NCBI RefSeq assembly: GCF_018350175.1
Contig: NC_058375.1
Location: 62,001 to 126,000 of the forward strand
Direction of reading: 5' to 3'
Source: Felis catus
Lineage: Eukaryota
Length of the DNA: 64,000 bases
A model generated the notes under the pieces. The model saw only the letters and a program-made list of their open reading frames with translations. It ran no database searches and was not told the origin of the DNA. The translations under genes were made by a program, and so were the position numbers. The first letter of the stretch is position 1; each line of letters starts with the position of its first letter. Below, one piece after another: positions 46,563 through 58,045 of this stretch.

Positions 46563-47370
46563 CGTCTGCCTCCTCGGAGCCTCAACGTGATTCGGAGTCA
46601 GGCACCTCGGGGGCTGTGCTGGTCAGTTTCACCACCAACAGTGGCCTCGTCTCTGCATCATGTTTCTGTGGAAGGAGATTTGGGTTGTTTCCACTTCACA
46701 GTCGCAAACATGCCCGAACGTTTCTCTCGGAAAACCTGTGTACTTGGCCCCGGAGAGGCCAGAGGGTCGGGTCGGGGGGCGAGCTTGCTCAGTTTCAGAA
46801 AACACTGCCCGACGGTTTCCCGAGTGGCTGTGCATCTGCGCCGACTGCAGGACACGCGCGGGTCGTCTCTGTGCTGCGCATCCTCACGGACCGCCGTCTC
46901 TGCCACTCGGCGCTCTGGTGGCTCCGTGGTCATTTAATCCACATTCCCTTTGGCCCCTGGCCTCTCTATTCCCTCGAGGGTGTGTCTTCCCGGTGCCTGT
47001 GCCACCTTCATATGCCTTCTCCTCACTGGTTTGTAGGGCTTGTGCACTCTGGATGAGAACTCCTCACCGCTGTCTGTATTATCAATACCTTCCCTCAGTC
47101 TCACATTCTCACTCTCTTAACAGTGCCTTTTGGTAAACGGTTTTAAATTTTAATATGGTGCAAGTGATCAACAGCTTCCTTTATGGTATCACCATTTCTG
47201 TTCTTTTAAAGAACCTTTGCCTGCCCCAAAGTCATAAAGATTTCATAAAGGTGTCCTTGTATATTTTGTTAAAGCTTTGCCGTTTTAGCTTTCAAATTGT
47301 ATCTGCAACCCACCTGGTATTGATGGGAGGTCCTGCCACACTTTTTTGTTTCCGTGTGGACACCTAGTTG
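46563..47370 (-). mobile_element. Old L1M 3' fragment
   Basis: atttgggttgtttccac, aagaacctttgcctgccccaaagtcataaagat and similar phrases follow the antisense L1 3' consensus. Confidence 0.7.
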
Positions 47371-48096
47371 GCCCAGTGCCATGTCAAGGCTTGGGTGGCA
47401 CACGTGTGTGGGCTTATCTGTCTACAGGGGCAAAGCAACACAGCCTCACATGGGGTTGGAGCCCCATAAGGTGAGGAGGTTTGGAGGGTTTGGGACAGAG
47501 GCTTTTTAACAATTGCCCTGGCTGCCCTGGGAGAGGCAGGGAGACCAGCTCTGAGACTGCGGGGAGGGAGCAGGGGGACTAGGGTGAGGCCATGTGAGGA
47601 CTGAGCTCTACCCAGAGGCTGTCCTTTCCTCCTCTCCCACCCAATCTTGGAGGACCTCATCGTGGGGGGCAGTGGAGGGATGTCTGCTGTAGGATGAGGA
47701 AACCAGGCAGAGCTCTATAGCACATCAGGATATGTTCCACAGTGGATGTTAAGTCTTGGTGGAGACCTGGGCCAGGGGGAACAAGTGATGGATAGATGGG
47801 CAGTCAGACACACATTCCATGGAGCCGGGAGCATGGGCCCAAGCAGGGGGAAAGGTGCAGGGAGAGGGAAGTAGAGGGCAGCCTGCTGTACCCCCAGGGA
47901 GCACATGAGGGCACCAGAGTTCCACCGGAAGCAGACAGAGCTCAGCCCTTCCGGCCCTTACCCAGGTCTGAGGGAATGGACACTTAGGGGATGCTGGGCT
48001 CCCTTTCCTGAAGCCATGTAGTCCCCTTGAGCCCTTGAACTTGAGACAGTAAAAGTAAGCCAATTTCGATGAGTAGCTATTATGTGCCAAGGAGTC

Positions 48097-48220
48097 TTTC
48101 TCTTTTCTTTAAGTTTTATTTTAAGTAGACTCCACTCCCAACACGGGGCTTGAACTCACGAGGCTGAGATCCTGAGATCAAGATTCCCATGCTCTACCAA
48201 ATGAGCCAGCCAGACACCCC
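48097..48220 (-). mobile_element. Short-type CanSINE
   Basis: ggggcttgaactcacg..tgagatcaag..tgagccagccagacacccc; degenerate TSD tgccaag.agtc. Confidence 0.85.
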
Positions 48221-48509
48221 ACATGCCAAGCAGTCGTAAACGCTTTACACAAATTATGAGCTTTTAACTTTTTAAAAAATAGTTTTATTGAGGTATAACT
48301 TACATACAAAAAACTGCACATATTTGAGTGTAAAATTTGCTAAGTTTTGACATTTGTGATGCCCAGGAAGCCATCACCATAATCCAGAGAGTGAACATGC
48401 TCATCACCCCTAAAGGTTCCTATGCTCTTGGTGATACCTCCTTCCCCTACTCCCAAGGTAACCATCAATCTGCATTTGGTAACTATAATTAGGTGACACT
48501 GTCTAGAAC

Positions 48510-48856
48510 TATTATGCTAACAGAAATAAGTCAGTCAGAGAAAGATAAATATATGATTTTACTCATATATGGAATTTAAGAAACAAAACATGAATATAGG
48601 GGAAGAGAGGCAAAAATAAGATAAAAACAGAGAGGGAGACAAACCATAAGAGACTCTTAAATACAGAGAACAAACTAAGGGCTGCTGGAGGGGCACTGGG
48701 TGGGGGGATGGGCTAGATGGGGGATGGGCATTAAGGAGGACACTTGTCAGGATGAGCACTGGGTGTTATACGTAAGTGATGAATCGCTAAGTTCTATTCC
48801 TGAAATCATTATTATACTGCATGTTAACTAACTTGGATAAAAAACAAAAAACTAAT
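48510..48856 (+). mobile_element. Carnivore L1 3' end
   Basis: aaataagtcagtcagagaaagataaata..gatgggcattaaggaggacacttg..gatgagcactgggtgtta..A-rich tail. An older antisense L1 3' end lies at ~48270-48510. Confidence 0.85.
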
Positions 48857-49045
48857 NNNNNNNNNNNNNNNNNNNNNNNNNNNNNNNNNNNNNNNNNNNN
48901 NNNNNNNNNNNNNNNNNNNNNNNNNNNNNNNNNNNNNNNNNNNNNNNNNNNNNNNNNNNNNNNNNNNNNNNNNNNNNNNNNNNNNNNCCCATCTGTACTT
49001 TAAAATTTTTTTTAATTTTATTTTATTATTTTTCACAGTAATCTT

Positions 49046-49505
49046 GGGCACCTAGGTAGCTCAGTCGGTTAAGCGTACGACTTCAGCTCAAGTCATGATT
49101 TCGCAGTTCTTGAGTTCGAGCCCTGCATCGGGTTCTGTGCTGACAGCTCAGAGCCTGGAGCCTGGAGTTCTGTGTGTGTCTCTCTCTCTCAAAAATAAAT
49201 AAACATTAAAAAAAATAAGTAAATAATAATCTCTATACCCAATGTGGGGCTCTCACTCATGACCCTGAGATCAAGAGTCATATGCTGTACTGATGGAGCC
49301 AGTCTTTTTTTTTTTTTTTTTTTTTTGAGAGGGAGAGAGAGAGAGCACCAGTGGGGGAGAGGGGCAGAGGGTGAGAGAGAATTTTAGGCAGGCTCAGAGC
49401 TCAGCGCAAAGCCCAATGCAGGGCTCAATCTTAGGACCCTGGGCTCATGACCTGAGCTGAAATCAAGAGTCAGACACTCAACCGACTGAGCCACCCAGAC
49501 GCCCC
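49046..49505. mobile_element. Cluster of three CanSINEs (one +, two -)
   Basis: Head at 49046 (+); minus-strand fragment 49229-49302; minus-strand copy 49305-49505 with T tail and (GA)n. Confidence 0.88.
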
Positions 49506-49509
49506 TTTT

Positions 49510-52330
49510 TAATTATACCTATCCTGGTGGGTGTGAAGCGGTATCTCATTGTGGTTTTGGTTTAAATTTCCATGATGACTATGATGCTGNNNNNNNNNNN
49601 NNNNNNNNNNNNNNNNNNNNNNNNNNNNNNNNNNNNNNNNNNNNNNNNNNNNNNNNNNNNNNNNNNNNNNNNNNNNNNNNNNNNNNNNNNNNNNNNNNNN
49701 NNNNNNNNNNNNNNNNNNNNNNNNNNNNNNNNNNNNNNNNNNCATATTTATATATTATATGCATGTTTTGCAATGTTTTTCTCCTCTGTCTTTCAAATTT
49801 TTTTGGATAATGCCTGTTGAGGCACAAGTTTTAATTTTTACAAAGTTCAATTTATCCTTTTTCTTTTGTCACTTATGCTTTTAGTATCATGCCTAAAAAG
49901 GCTTTGCTTAAGGCCCTTCATCACCCAAGATCATTTTCTTCTAAAAATTTTACGAAAGTTTTAGCTCTTACATTTATGTGTAGTATCTGCTTTGAGTTAA
50001 TTTCTGTGTATGGTGTGAGGAAGAGAATGGCTGATCAGATGTCCCAACATTTGTTGAAATGACTCTTCCCACATTAGGTTGTCCTGACATTCTTGTTGGA
50101 AATAAACTGACTGTAAATATGACGGCTTATTTCTGAACTCTCAGTTCTATTCCACCAGTCACTATGCTTAACCTCATGCTAGTTCCACACTGTCTTAATT
50201 ATTATTGCTTTGTAATAAGTTTTGAAATCAGGAAGTTTGAGCCCTCCAACTTTGCTTTTCTTTTTCAAGACCATTTTGGATATTCAGGGTTGCTTAAATT
50301 TCCATATGAATTTGGAAATTCAGCTTGTCTGTTTCTGCAAAAATCTTAGCTAAAACCTTGTTAGAGATTGCATTAAAACCAAAGGCCTATTTGTAAAGTA
50401 TTAGCATCTTTTTTTTTTAAGTTTATGTATTTTGAGAAAGAGAGAGAGAGAGAGAGAGAGAGAAGCAGAGACACGGAGCTTGACGCGGCGGCTTGGAACC
50501 CATAAACCATGAGATCATGACCTGAGCTGAGATCAAGGGCCAGATGTTCAAATTGTCTAAGCCACCCAGGCACCCCTGTGAAGTATCAATATCTGAACAA
50601 TGTTTAATCTTCTGATCCATGACATATCTTTTCATTTATTTAGAACTTCTTTAATCTCTTTCAGTAAATGTTCTGTTGTTTTAAAGCCTGAGTTTTGCAC
50701 TTCTTTTATTAAATATATTCCTAAGTATTTTATTCTTTTTGATGTTATTATTAGTGAAAGATTTCTTAATTTCATTTTCAAAAGTATTCGATGCCAGTGT
50801 TTAGAAATACTACTGATTTTTAAAATATGTATTTTGCACCCTGCAACCTCACTTAATTCATGTATTAGTTTTAATAGTTTTCCTAGTGGATTTCTTTGCA
50901 TATAAGGTCATGTCACTTGAACACAGGCAGCTTTACTTCTTCCTTTCCAATATGGGTGACTTCTATTTCATTTCCTTGCCTAACTGGCTTGAACTCCCTA
51001 CACCGCCGGACAGAAGCGGCAAGAACGGACACCACTGTTTTAGCCCCGTATCGCGGCGGTTTGATTATGTGGCTCCTTGACGTAGTTTTCTTCAAATTTC
51101 TTAGGCTAGAGTTTCAATGAGCTTCTTGGATCTGTGGGTTTATAGTTTACATCAATATTGGAAAAATTCTATTCATTATTTCTCTCAGTGGTTTTTGTTG
51201 TTGTTGTTGTTTTTTGCCTCCTCTTCCTCCTCCTTCTGGGACTCCAATTACATGTATATGAAGCCACTTCAAGTTGTCCCACAACTAACTAATGTGCTTT
51301 TCTTGTCTTTGCTTCTTTTCTACTTTTTAAGTCTCTTTCACTTTGAATAGGTTTTATGGGTACACTTGCAGTTCACTATTACTAGTATTTTCCTCCTCAA
51401 TGTCTAATCTGCCATCACACCCATGTCTAGAAGCTCAGTGGGTTTCTATGAAGGTCTCTCAAACCTTCAGTCTTTCCTGTAGCTTCTTGAACATATGAAG
51501 TATGACTGTAACAACAGTTTTAATGTCTTTGTCTACTGTTTCTATTACCTGTGACATTTCTGGTTTACTTCAGTTGATCGATTTTTCTCCTATCATGGGT
51601 CATATTTTCCTGCTTCCTTGTATGCCTGGTAATTTTTTACTGTCTGCCAGACATCATGAATAGTAATTGTTGGGTGCTGGATATTTCTGTGTTCCAATAA
51701 ATATTCCTGGGCTTTGTTCTGGGGCTTTGTCTGGAGACAGCTTGATCCCCTGGGGCCTTGTTCATAAACTTTATTAGGAACAGCACTCGCCGTAAGGCTA
51801 ATTATCCCTCACTACTGGAACAAGTCCTTCTGAATACTCTACCATGCGCCCTATGAATTACGGCCTTTTCCAATCTGGCTAGAGATGAGCCTGGGTAAAC
51901 TCAGAGGATTTTTCTCTCTAATCGTTTCTGGTGGCTCCTTTCCTGGCCTCAAGGAGTTTCCTCCCAGTGTGATCCAATCAGCCTTCAGGGAGACCCTCTG
52001 CATGTCTCTGGAGTCCCCTCCGTGGCTTCTCTCGCCTTGCTGACACTCTGTCACAGGACTCCAGCCGCAGTGGTCCCCCCAGCCCCACCCTGCCAGCTCT
52101 GCCTCCTGGACTCAGAAGTCTGCTAAGCTCTGCCTGGCTTCCCCTCCCTGAGGTCAAGGCCTAAACACCGTCTTCTGACAGCTGGGGCAACACAGGGCTC
52201 ACTTCACTGGTTTCTCACTTCTCAGGGACCCACTGAGGGAAAAGCCTACTACTTCATATATTTTGTCCAGTTTTTAGTTGTTTCAGGCAAGAAAGTAAAT
52301 CTGGTCCCTGCTACTCCATCTTTGCTGGAA
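49510..52330 (-). mobile_element. Degraded L1 (ORF2 RT-region remnants plus 5' fragments)
   Basis: Minus-strand translations HIGKEEVKLPVF and KLLKLIHELSEVAGCKI..RIKYLGIYLIKEV..LLKEIKEVLNK match L1 ORF2. Interrupted by a gap (49590-49742) and a SINE. Confidence 0.88.
50410..50576 (-). mobile_element. CanSINE inserted in L1
   Basis: T tail, (GA)n, gagatcatgacctgagctgagatcaag, aagccacccaggcacccc; degenerate TSD gt.aagtat.a..atct. Confidence 0.9.
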
Positions 52331-52349
52331 ACAACTGTCATTATGCAGA

Positions 52350-52470
52350 TTATTTACTTAATCCCTTCAACCACACAGCACTACCGGGGAGGTACTATTA
52401 CTAAACTTATTTTACTTGTGAGATTCTGTAACTTGCCCAAGGTCACACAACGAAGTGACAGCAGAAATAA
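52350..52470. mobile_element. MIR core fragment
   Basis: aggtactatta...taacttgcccaaggtcacaca. Confidence 0.65.
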
Positions 52471-53499
52471 AATTCAGTATCAGTCAGTGCTAGGAGCCTT
52501 CCCTGAACCACTCCTGTGCTGACAAGACCTTGAGGGGGTGCCCAACACGGGTGCCCCACCCAGAGATTGTGGGTGTGGGATGCATGTCTGTGGCCTTCCC
52601 AAACACAGAGCACACTGAAGGAAGTTCAAGGACATGGGAGAGAAGGTCTGAGTCTGTATGTCTTTGTGGGAAAGGCCCTGGCCACCTCTGAGGGGGTCTC
52701 TAGCTCTGTGTAACTCGGTCTCTAGCTCTGACCGTGGGACTGTGTGCCTCTGGCACTGCATGTCTGTCCCCCTCAGTCACCCGCCCAGGTGCAGCCCAGT
52801 TCTAGGCGGGACAATCCCCGGAAGCCCAGAGGCAGGTGCTGCTCTAGGAACAGCAGGTAACTGCTTCCCCCCTCCCCACCTTCCCTTCTCCAAACTTCCC
52901 CTGACATCACATCGCAGGTCTGAGGGGACCGTGCCCCCCAGACTCCAGTGGATGGCAGCCAAGAAACCCACAGCCCAGTTACCACGTGCACACGCTGTTG
53001 CAGCCACAGGCCGTGCAGTCACAGCTGCCAGCCCTAAGAACTTCTTGGGGACTGGAACATTCTGGCACTATTTCATTCATTTCACACAGCCCTCCCAAGC
53101 TCCAGACGGGGGTGGCCCAGACATTCCCCAGGGTTCTGGGGCTCATGCTGGGCAGGCAGGTCTCCCCACCCAGGAGGAAGCTCCCTTGCCGCCTTTGGGG
53201 AAAAGGTCAGATCGGAGGCAGGTGACGAGGCTCATGGGGGTTGGGGGGAAGCCCACGGCTCCTCAGGCCCCACCCTCCCAACTGTCTGTGCCTGTGTGCC
53301 AGGGAAGGACCCCGTGTGTGCCCTCTGCGGGGGGAGGGGAGGTCCTTCTGTGTACCCTAGTGCCAGGGAGGAGCCACATCACAAAAGAGCATTAGCCTAG
53401 ACACCCGAACCTTAGTTTCTGTCTTCAGAGGGGCAGGCATTCGCCCAGCGACTTCTGGAAAGTCAGCAACAGCCTCCTGCCACCAGTCTACTTGGTAAC

Positions 53500-53650
53500 A
53501 GTTAGCTCTGGTGTCTAATCCTCTGGGGACCACTGGCTGGGTGGCTTATCCACAACAGAAACATATGTCTCACACTTCTGGAACCTGGAAGTCCGAGATC
53601 AGGGTGCCAAAGGGGGTCTGGTTTTGTCGAGGGCCCTCTTCCAGGAAAAG
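53500..53650. mobile_element. MaLR (MLT-like) LTR fragment
   Basis: gggtggctta..caacagaaa..tctcacacttctggaacctggaagtccgagatcagggtgcca. Confidence 0.75.
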
Positions 53651-54110
53651 TCTGCCCAAAGATTGCCAGCTCTAAGTGGGCAGACTGGTCAGCTCAGATC
53701 CTGGGATGTGACCCTCACCTCTTAATTTTACAAACCAAACTCCTAGAGCCAATTCATGGAACTTTCCCTTTTCCCAAAGCAGAAAAGGAGAGAAGGAAAT
53801 TGCTTGCTCACGCAGCCAGACGATGGCCTGTCCCCCCCCCCCCCCCAGCGTTGCATTCAGAGCTGGTCTCAATGTACAGAAAGAAGCTCGGCCAGAACTT
53901 ACATACGTGACACTTTTCCTGACCCTAGACTGGCAGCCGAGCTGAGGTCCAGGGCACCCACTGCGGGGCGCGCGACCTCAAAGAACAATGAGAAGGGAGT
54001 CCAGTCAGCCCCCCGCCCTCTGGGTGTGAGCGTTTGGCACAAGTTGGGGGGTGAGTGCTGCCACCTCCCTACATCCAGGGGCTGCTGAGCTCCCCCTCAC
54101 TGTGCTAAAC

Positions 54111-54330
54111 AGGGCCTGGCAGGGCCTAGCTCAGCCGGTTAAGCGCCCGACTCTTGATTTTGGCTCCCGGGCACTTTTTTTGTTGTTAGTTCGAGGTCAC
54201 AGTTTGTGGGATCGAGCCCTGCCGTCAGGCTCTGCGCCGACAGCATGGAGTCTGCTTGAGATTCTCCCTCTCCCTCTGCCCCTTCCCCACTCTCTCTCCC
54301 TCTCACACAGTAAATAAACATTAAAAAATA
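54111..54330 (+). mobile_element. CanSINE
   Basis: gctcagccggttaagcgcccgactcttgattttggctc..gggatcgagccc..taaataaacattaaaaa. Confidence 0.9.
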
Positions 54331-55289
54331 ACCAGGGCAAGGGATGCGAGGGGGGGACCGTGAGTGCGGGGAGAGGCAGGGCTGGAGAAGCGTTCCTCTC
54401 CACCAGCCTCTGGCCGGCACAAGCAGCTGCAGGGAGGTTCCCCTTCCTGGCCCACTGGGTAGGATGTTCCTGCTGGCTCAGGTGTGTGAACCTCCGTTAC
54501 ATTAAGGTCAGGGCTTGATGAGGACCAAGCCCAGGGCTTCAAGCGTCCAACACTGACTTTCTACTCCTCGCTGAGCTCCTATCTCCCCACACAGACATTA
54601 AGACTCCTGACTGTGGAGGCCCAGGAAATGAGCCCCACGCGACCGGGTAGGCGGGCGTCAGGTGGGACACCAGGAGGAAACGCCTTCGAGGCAGCAGTAA
54701 CCAGGTACTTTTTAGTAACCATGGTTACCAGGCTGCCAAAAGAATTGAGGCACCCCACCGAGGAGAAGCGCAGTGTGGCCTGAGTGTCACAGGGTCTGTG
54801 CTGGGGCGGGGGGGCGGGGGCAGGGCCAGCTGCCCATCCAGGGTGGTACGCCCTGTGGCTCTAGCATGAAGCATCCCTCATCTACTGGAAACCTGTAGCC
54901 TGTGAATCCCCAACCCCATGCTCTGACTCAGGGTGCCCTATCACTTACACCACAGAAACGATCCCCAGTCTCACCTGGATCCCTCAGGGGTGGACCCGGC
55001 CTGTGGCTGGTCAGCACCATGGCAGGGCCCTGGACCTGTCACTGTACCCATCCACTTGGGGCTTGCTAGGAACTGCTTCCAGATCAAAGCCAGACTGGCC
55101 AAAAGCAGAATCAATCCACCCTCCGCTTATGACCACAGCTGTAGGGACTACTTCTGGGGTTACTCTCCCCAAAAGTCCAGTCCTCACCCCCACCCAACCT
55201 CTTCCACCATTCCATTGTCAGGAAGGCAGGTGGGGGTGACTTGTCAGGTGAGCGTGGGTACGTTAGCTGTTTATTGCTATTATTTATTT

Positions 55290-55700
55290 TACGTACAACT
55301 TATTGTTACTTACTGCCACATAACAAATTAAAGTATAATAGCTTAAAACGACATGTCACACAGTTTCTGAGAGACAGGAGTCCAGGAGCTGCTCAGCTGG
55401 GTGGTTCTGGCTCAGGATCTCTCATTAAGTTGTTGTCAAGATGTGGAAAGTGGCTGGGATCTCACCCGAAGCCTCGAGGGGCTGGAGAACCTACTTCTAA
55501 ACTCACTCTCACTCAGGTCCACACTGTGTTGGCCTCTCCACACGCAAGGACAGCTGGCCTCCCCCAGAGTGCATATGGCAGACACAGAACAAGATGTACC
55601 TGCAGCCTAACCTTAAGGAGACATCCCGTCACTTCTGCAGGACCTCACTGGTCACATTCACAAGGCTGCAATCCAGGAGGGGACCACTGGTGGCCTTCCA
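55290..55700. mobile_element. MLT1-like LTR remnant
   Basis: cataacaaatta..agcttaaaac..cacagtttctg..gctcagctgggtggttctggctcagg.tctctca. Confidence 0.7.
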
Positions 55701-56797
55701 GGAAGTGGTCGACTCCAAGGCCTTTTGCCTTGACCACGGTACATTCCAGGATGGATGCAGTCCGGGGAGCAGAGACAGAGAAGCCAGACACAGCTGTGGG
55801 AACTCTCAGCTCAGCTTTCCCCTCTGGAAAGGAGCAGGTCCTGGAGTCAGAGTGAGGCAGAGCTTGCCAGGTGACGGGAGGAGGCTGCCGGGGCCTGGAG
55901 ACAATCGGGGCGGCCACTGCCGCTGTGGCGCCAGAGCTAAGGCCTCACCTCTCACAAATCAGGGCTCCAAACAGCCCAGCCCCTCCCCTACTCTGAATTT
56001 CCAACTGACTGCAGTTTCATGGACCTATTCTTCTGTCACCATAGGGACTGATTCTCCAAATTCCAAAAACCTAGGATTTGCTGTCATCGATTGGTCCCCC
56101 AGCTCTGGCCCCACAGGCAGAAGGGACCCGGACAAACAGGGCTCCCACACCCACAGAGGCAGGCAACTCTGCTGACCGTGCATATGGATTCAGCACACAT
56201 TTATTGACCCTTGATCCTTGCCAGGAACTGGGCTGGAAGGAAACGCAGATACTGAATGAGACTCTGCCTGCTTATGGAAGGGAACCGACCCAGGAGGAGG
56301 AGGTCTAGACCCCTCCCCCACTCCTACCACACAGCCTGGCCAGGAGAGGGTGCTTCCTAAGTGTCTGCAAGACAAACGCTGAGACAGAAATAGCTGGCTG
56401 GGTGAGTAGGAGGCTGGAGTCAAAGGAATAACCAAGAGCCCATCTGGGGGCTGGGGGGTGGGGGTGGGGGTGGAGGGGGCAGAAACGGGTGTTAGAGTGG
56501 GGAGTGTGGGAAGGAGAACCCCTGATGAGGGAGGGATTACTGCAAACCTGGGGCCATAACTCCTCCCACTGAGGCCTTGTAGAAACTGCTGGAGGGGGTC
56601 TGCTGGACTGGGCTGGTGTCCAGGCTGGGCGTGGGGAGGGGTGGGATGCTCTCCACAGCTGGAAGCAAGGATGCTGTTCCTGAAAACCAGGTGCCCTCAG
56701 CTGCTGAGAAGGGGCAGGCTGCTGGGGAGGGGGCCAGCTTCAGCCTGAGCTGTGCTTGCTCAGACCTCCCGAATCTAAGCAAGAATGACACCCCTCT

Positions 56798-58045
56798 CAG
56801 CTATAAAAAAGAATGAGATCTTGCCATTTGTGACAACACAGATAGACCCAGAAGGTATTGTGTTAAGTGAAATGAGTCAGACAGAAAAAGATAAATTCCA
56901 TGTGCTTTCACTTGCAGGTGGAATCTAAAAAACAAGACAAATGATCGAAAAATAGACTCCTGGGGCACCTGGCTGACTTAATCGGAGCACGCTACTCTTG
57001 ATCTCGGGGTTGTGAGTTCAAACCCCATATTTGGTGTAGAGATTACTTAAAAAATAAAATCTTTGGGGCGCCTGGGTGGCACAGTCGGTTAAGCGTCCGA
57101 CTTCAGCCAGGTCACGATCTCGCGGTCCGTGAGTTCGAGCCCTGCGTCAGGCTCTGGGCTGATGGCTCAGAGCCTGGAGCCTGTTTCCGATTCTGTGTCT
57201 CCCTCTCTCTCTGCCCCTCCCCCGTTCATGCTCTGTCTCTCTCTGTCCCAAAAATAAATAAACGTTGAAAAAAAAATTAAAAAAATAAAATAAAATCTTT
57301 AAAAAAAGATTCAAATACAGAGAAACAAACTGGTGGTTGTCAGAGGGAAGGTGGGTGGGGGGCTATGTGAAACAGGCAATGGGGATTAAGAGGTACAAAT
57401 TTCCAGTTATATAATAAATAAGTCACCGGGGTGCCTGGGTGGCTCAGTCGGTTAAGTGTCTGGCTCTCGTCAGTTCAGATCATGATCCTGCAGTTCGTGA
57501 GTTTGAGTCCCACATCGGGCTCTGTACCAACCATAAGGAGCCTGCTTTGGGATTCTCTCTTCCCCTCCATGTTTGCCCCTCCCCTGTTCACACTCTCTCT
57601 CAAAATAAGTAAAATAAACATTTAAAATTTTTTTTTAAATTGGGGCAGCTGGGTGGCTCAGTCAGTTAAGCATCTGACTCTTGGTTTCGGCTTAGGTCAT
57701 GATCTCGTTGTTTCGTGGGTTCGAGCCCTGCATCGGGCTCTGCACTGGCAATGCAGAGCCTGCGGGGATTCTCTCCCTCTCTCTCTGCGCCTCCCCTGCT
57801 CTCTCTCTCTCCCAAAATAAACCAACCTCATAAATTAAAAAAAAATTTTTTTTAAATAAAATAAATAAGTCACGATGAAAAGTACAGCACAGGGAATATG
57901 CTCAATAATACTGTAATAACTTTGTACCCTGACAGACGGTGGCTACTCCAATCACAGCGAGCACTGTATGGAATTGCTGAACCACTATGTCGTACCCCTG
58001 AAATTAATGTAACATTGTACATCACCTATACCTCAAAAATAACAA
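56798..58045 (+). mobile_element. L1 3' end with four nested CanSINEs
   Basis: L1 pieces 56798-56960, 57301-57427, 57874-58045; SINEs 56961-57060, 57065-57286 (TSD aaaataaaatcttt), 57428-57637 and 57642-57860 (outer TSD ataaataagtcac). Confidence 0.9.

Larger units (their letters stand above)
45859..49742. other. Three assembly gaps (45859-45993, 48857-48987, 49590-49742)
   Basis: Runs of N, all inside or beside interspersed repeats. Confidence 0.99.

Noticed and set aside
45757-49827. ORFs containing X runs
   Set aside because: Artefacts of translating N gaps.
50600-51000. Reverse-transcriptase-like ORF as an active or domesticated gene
   Set aside because: Short, frameshifted L1 ORF2 remnant; the catalytic FADD motif is degraded.
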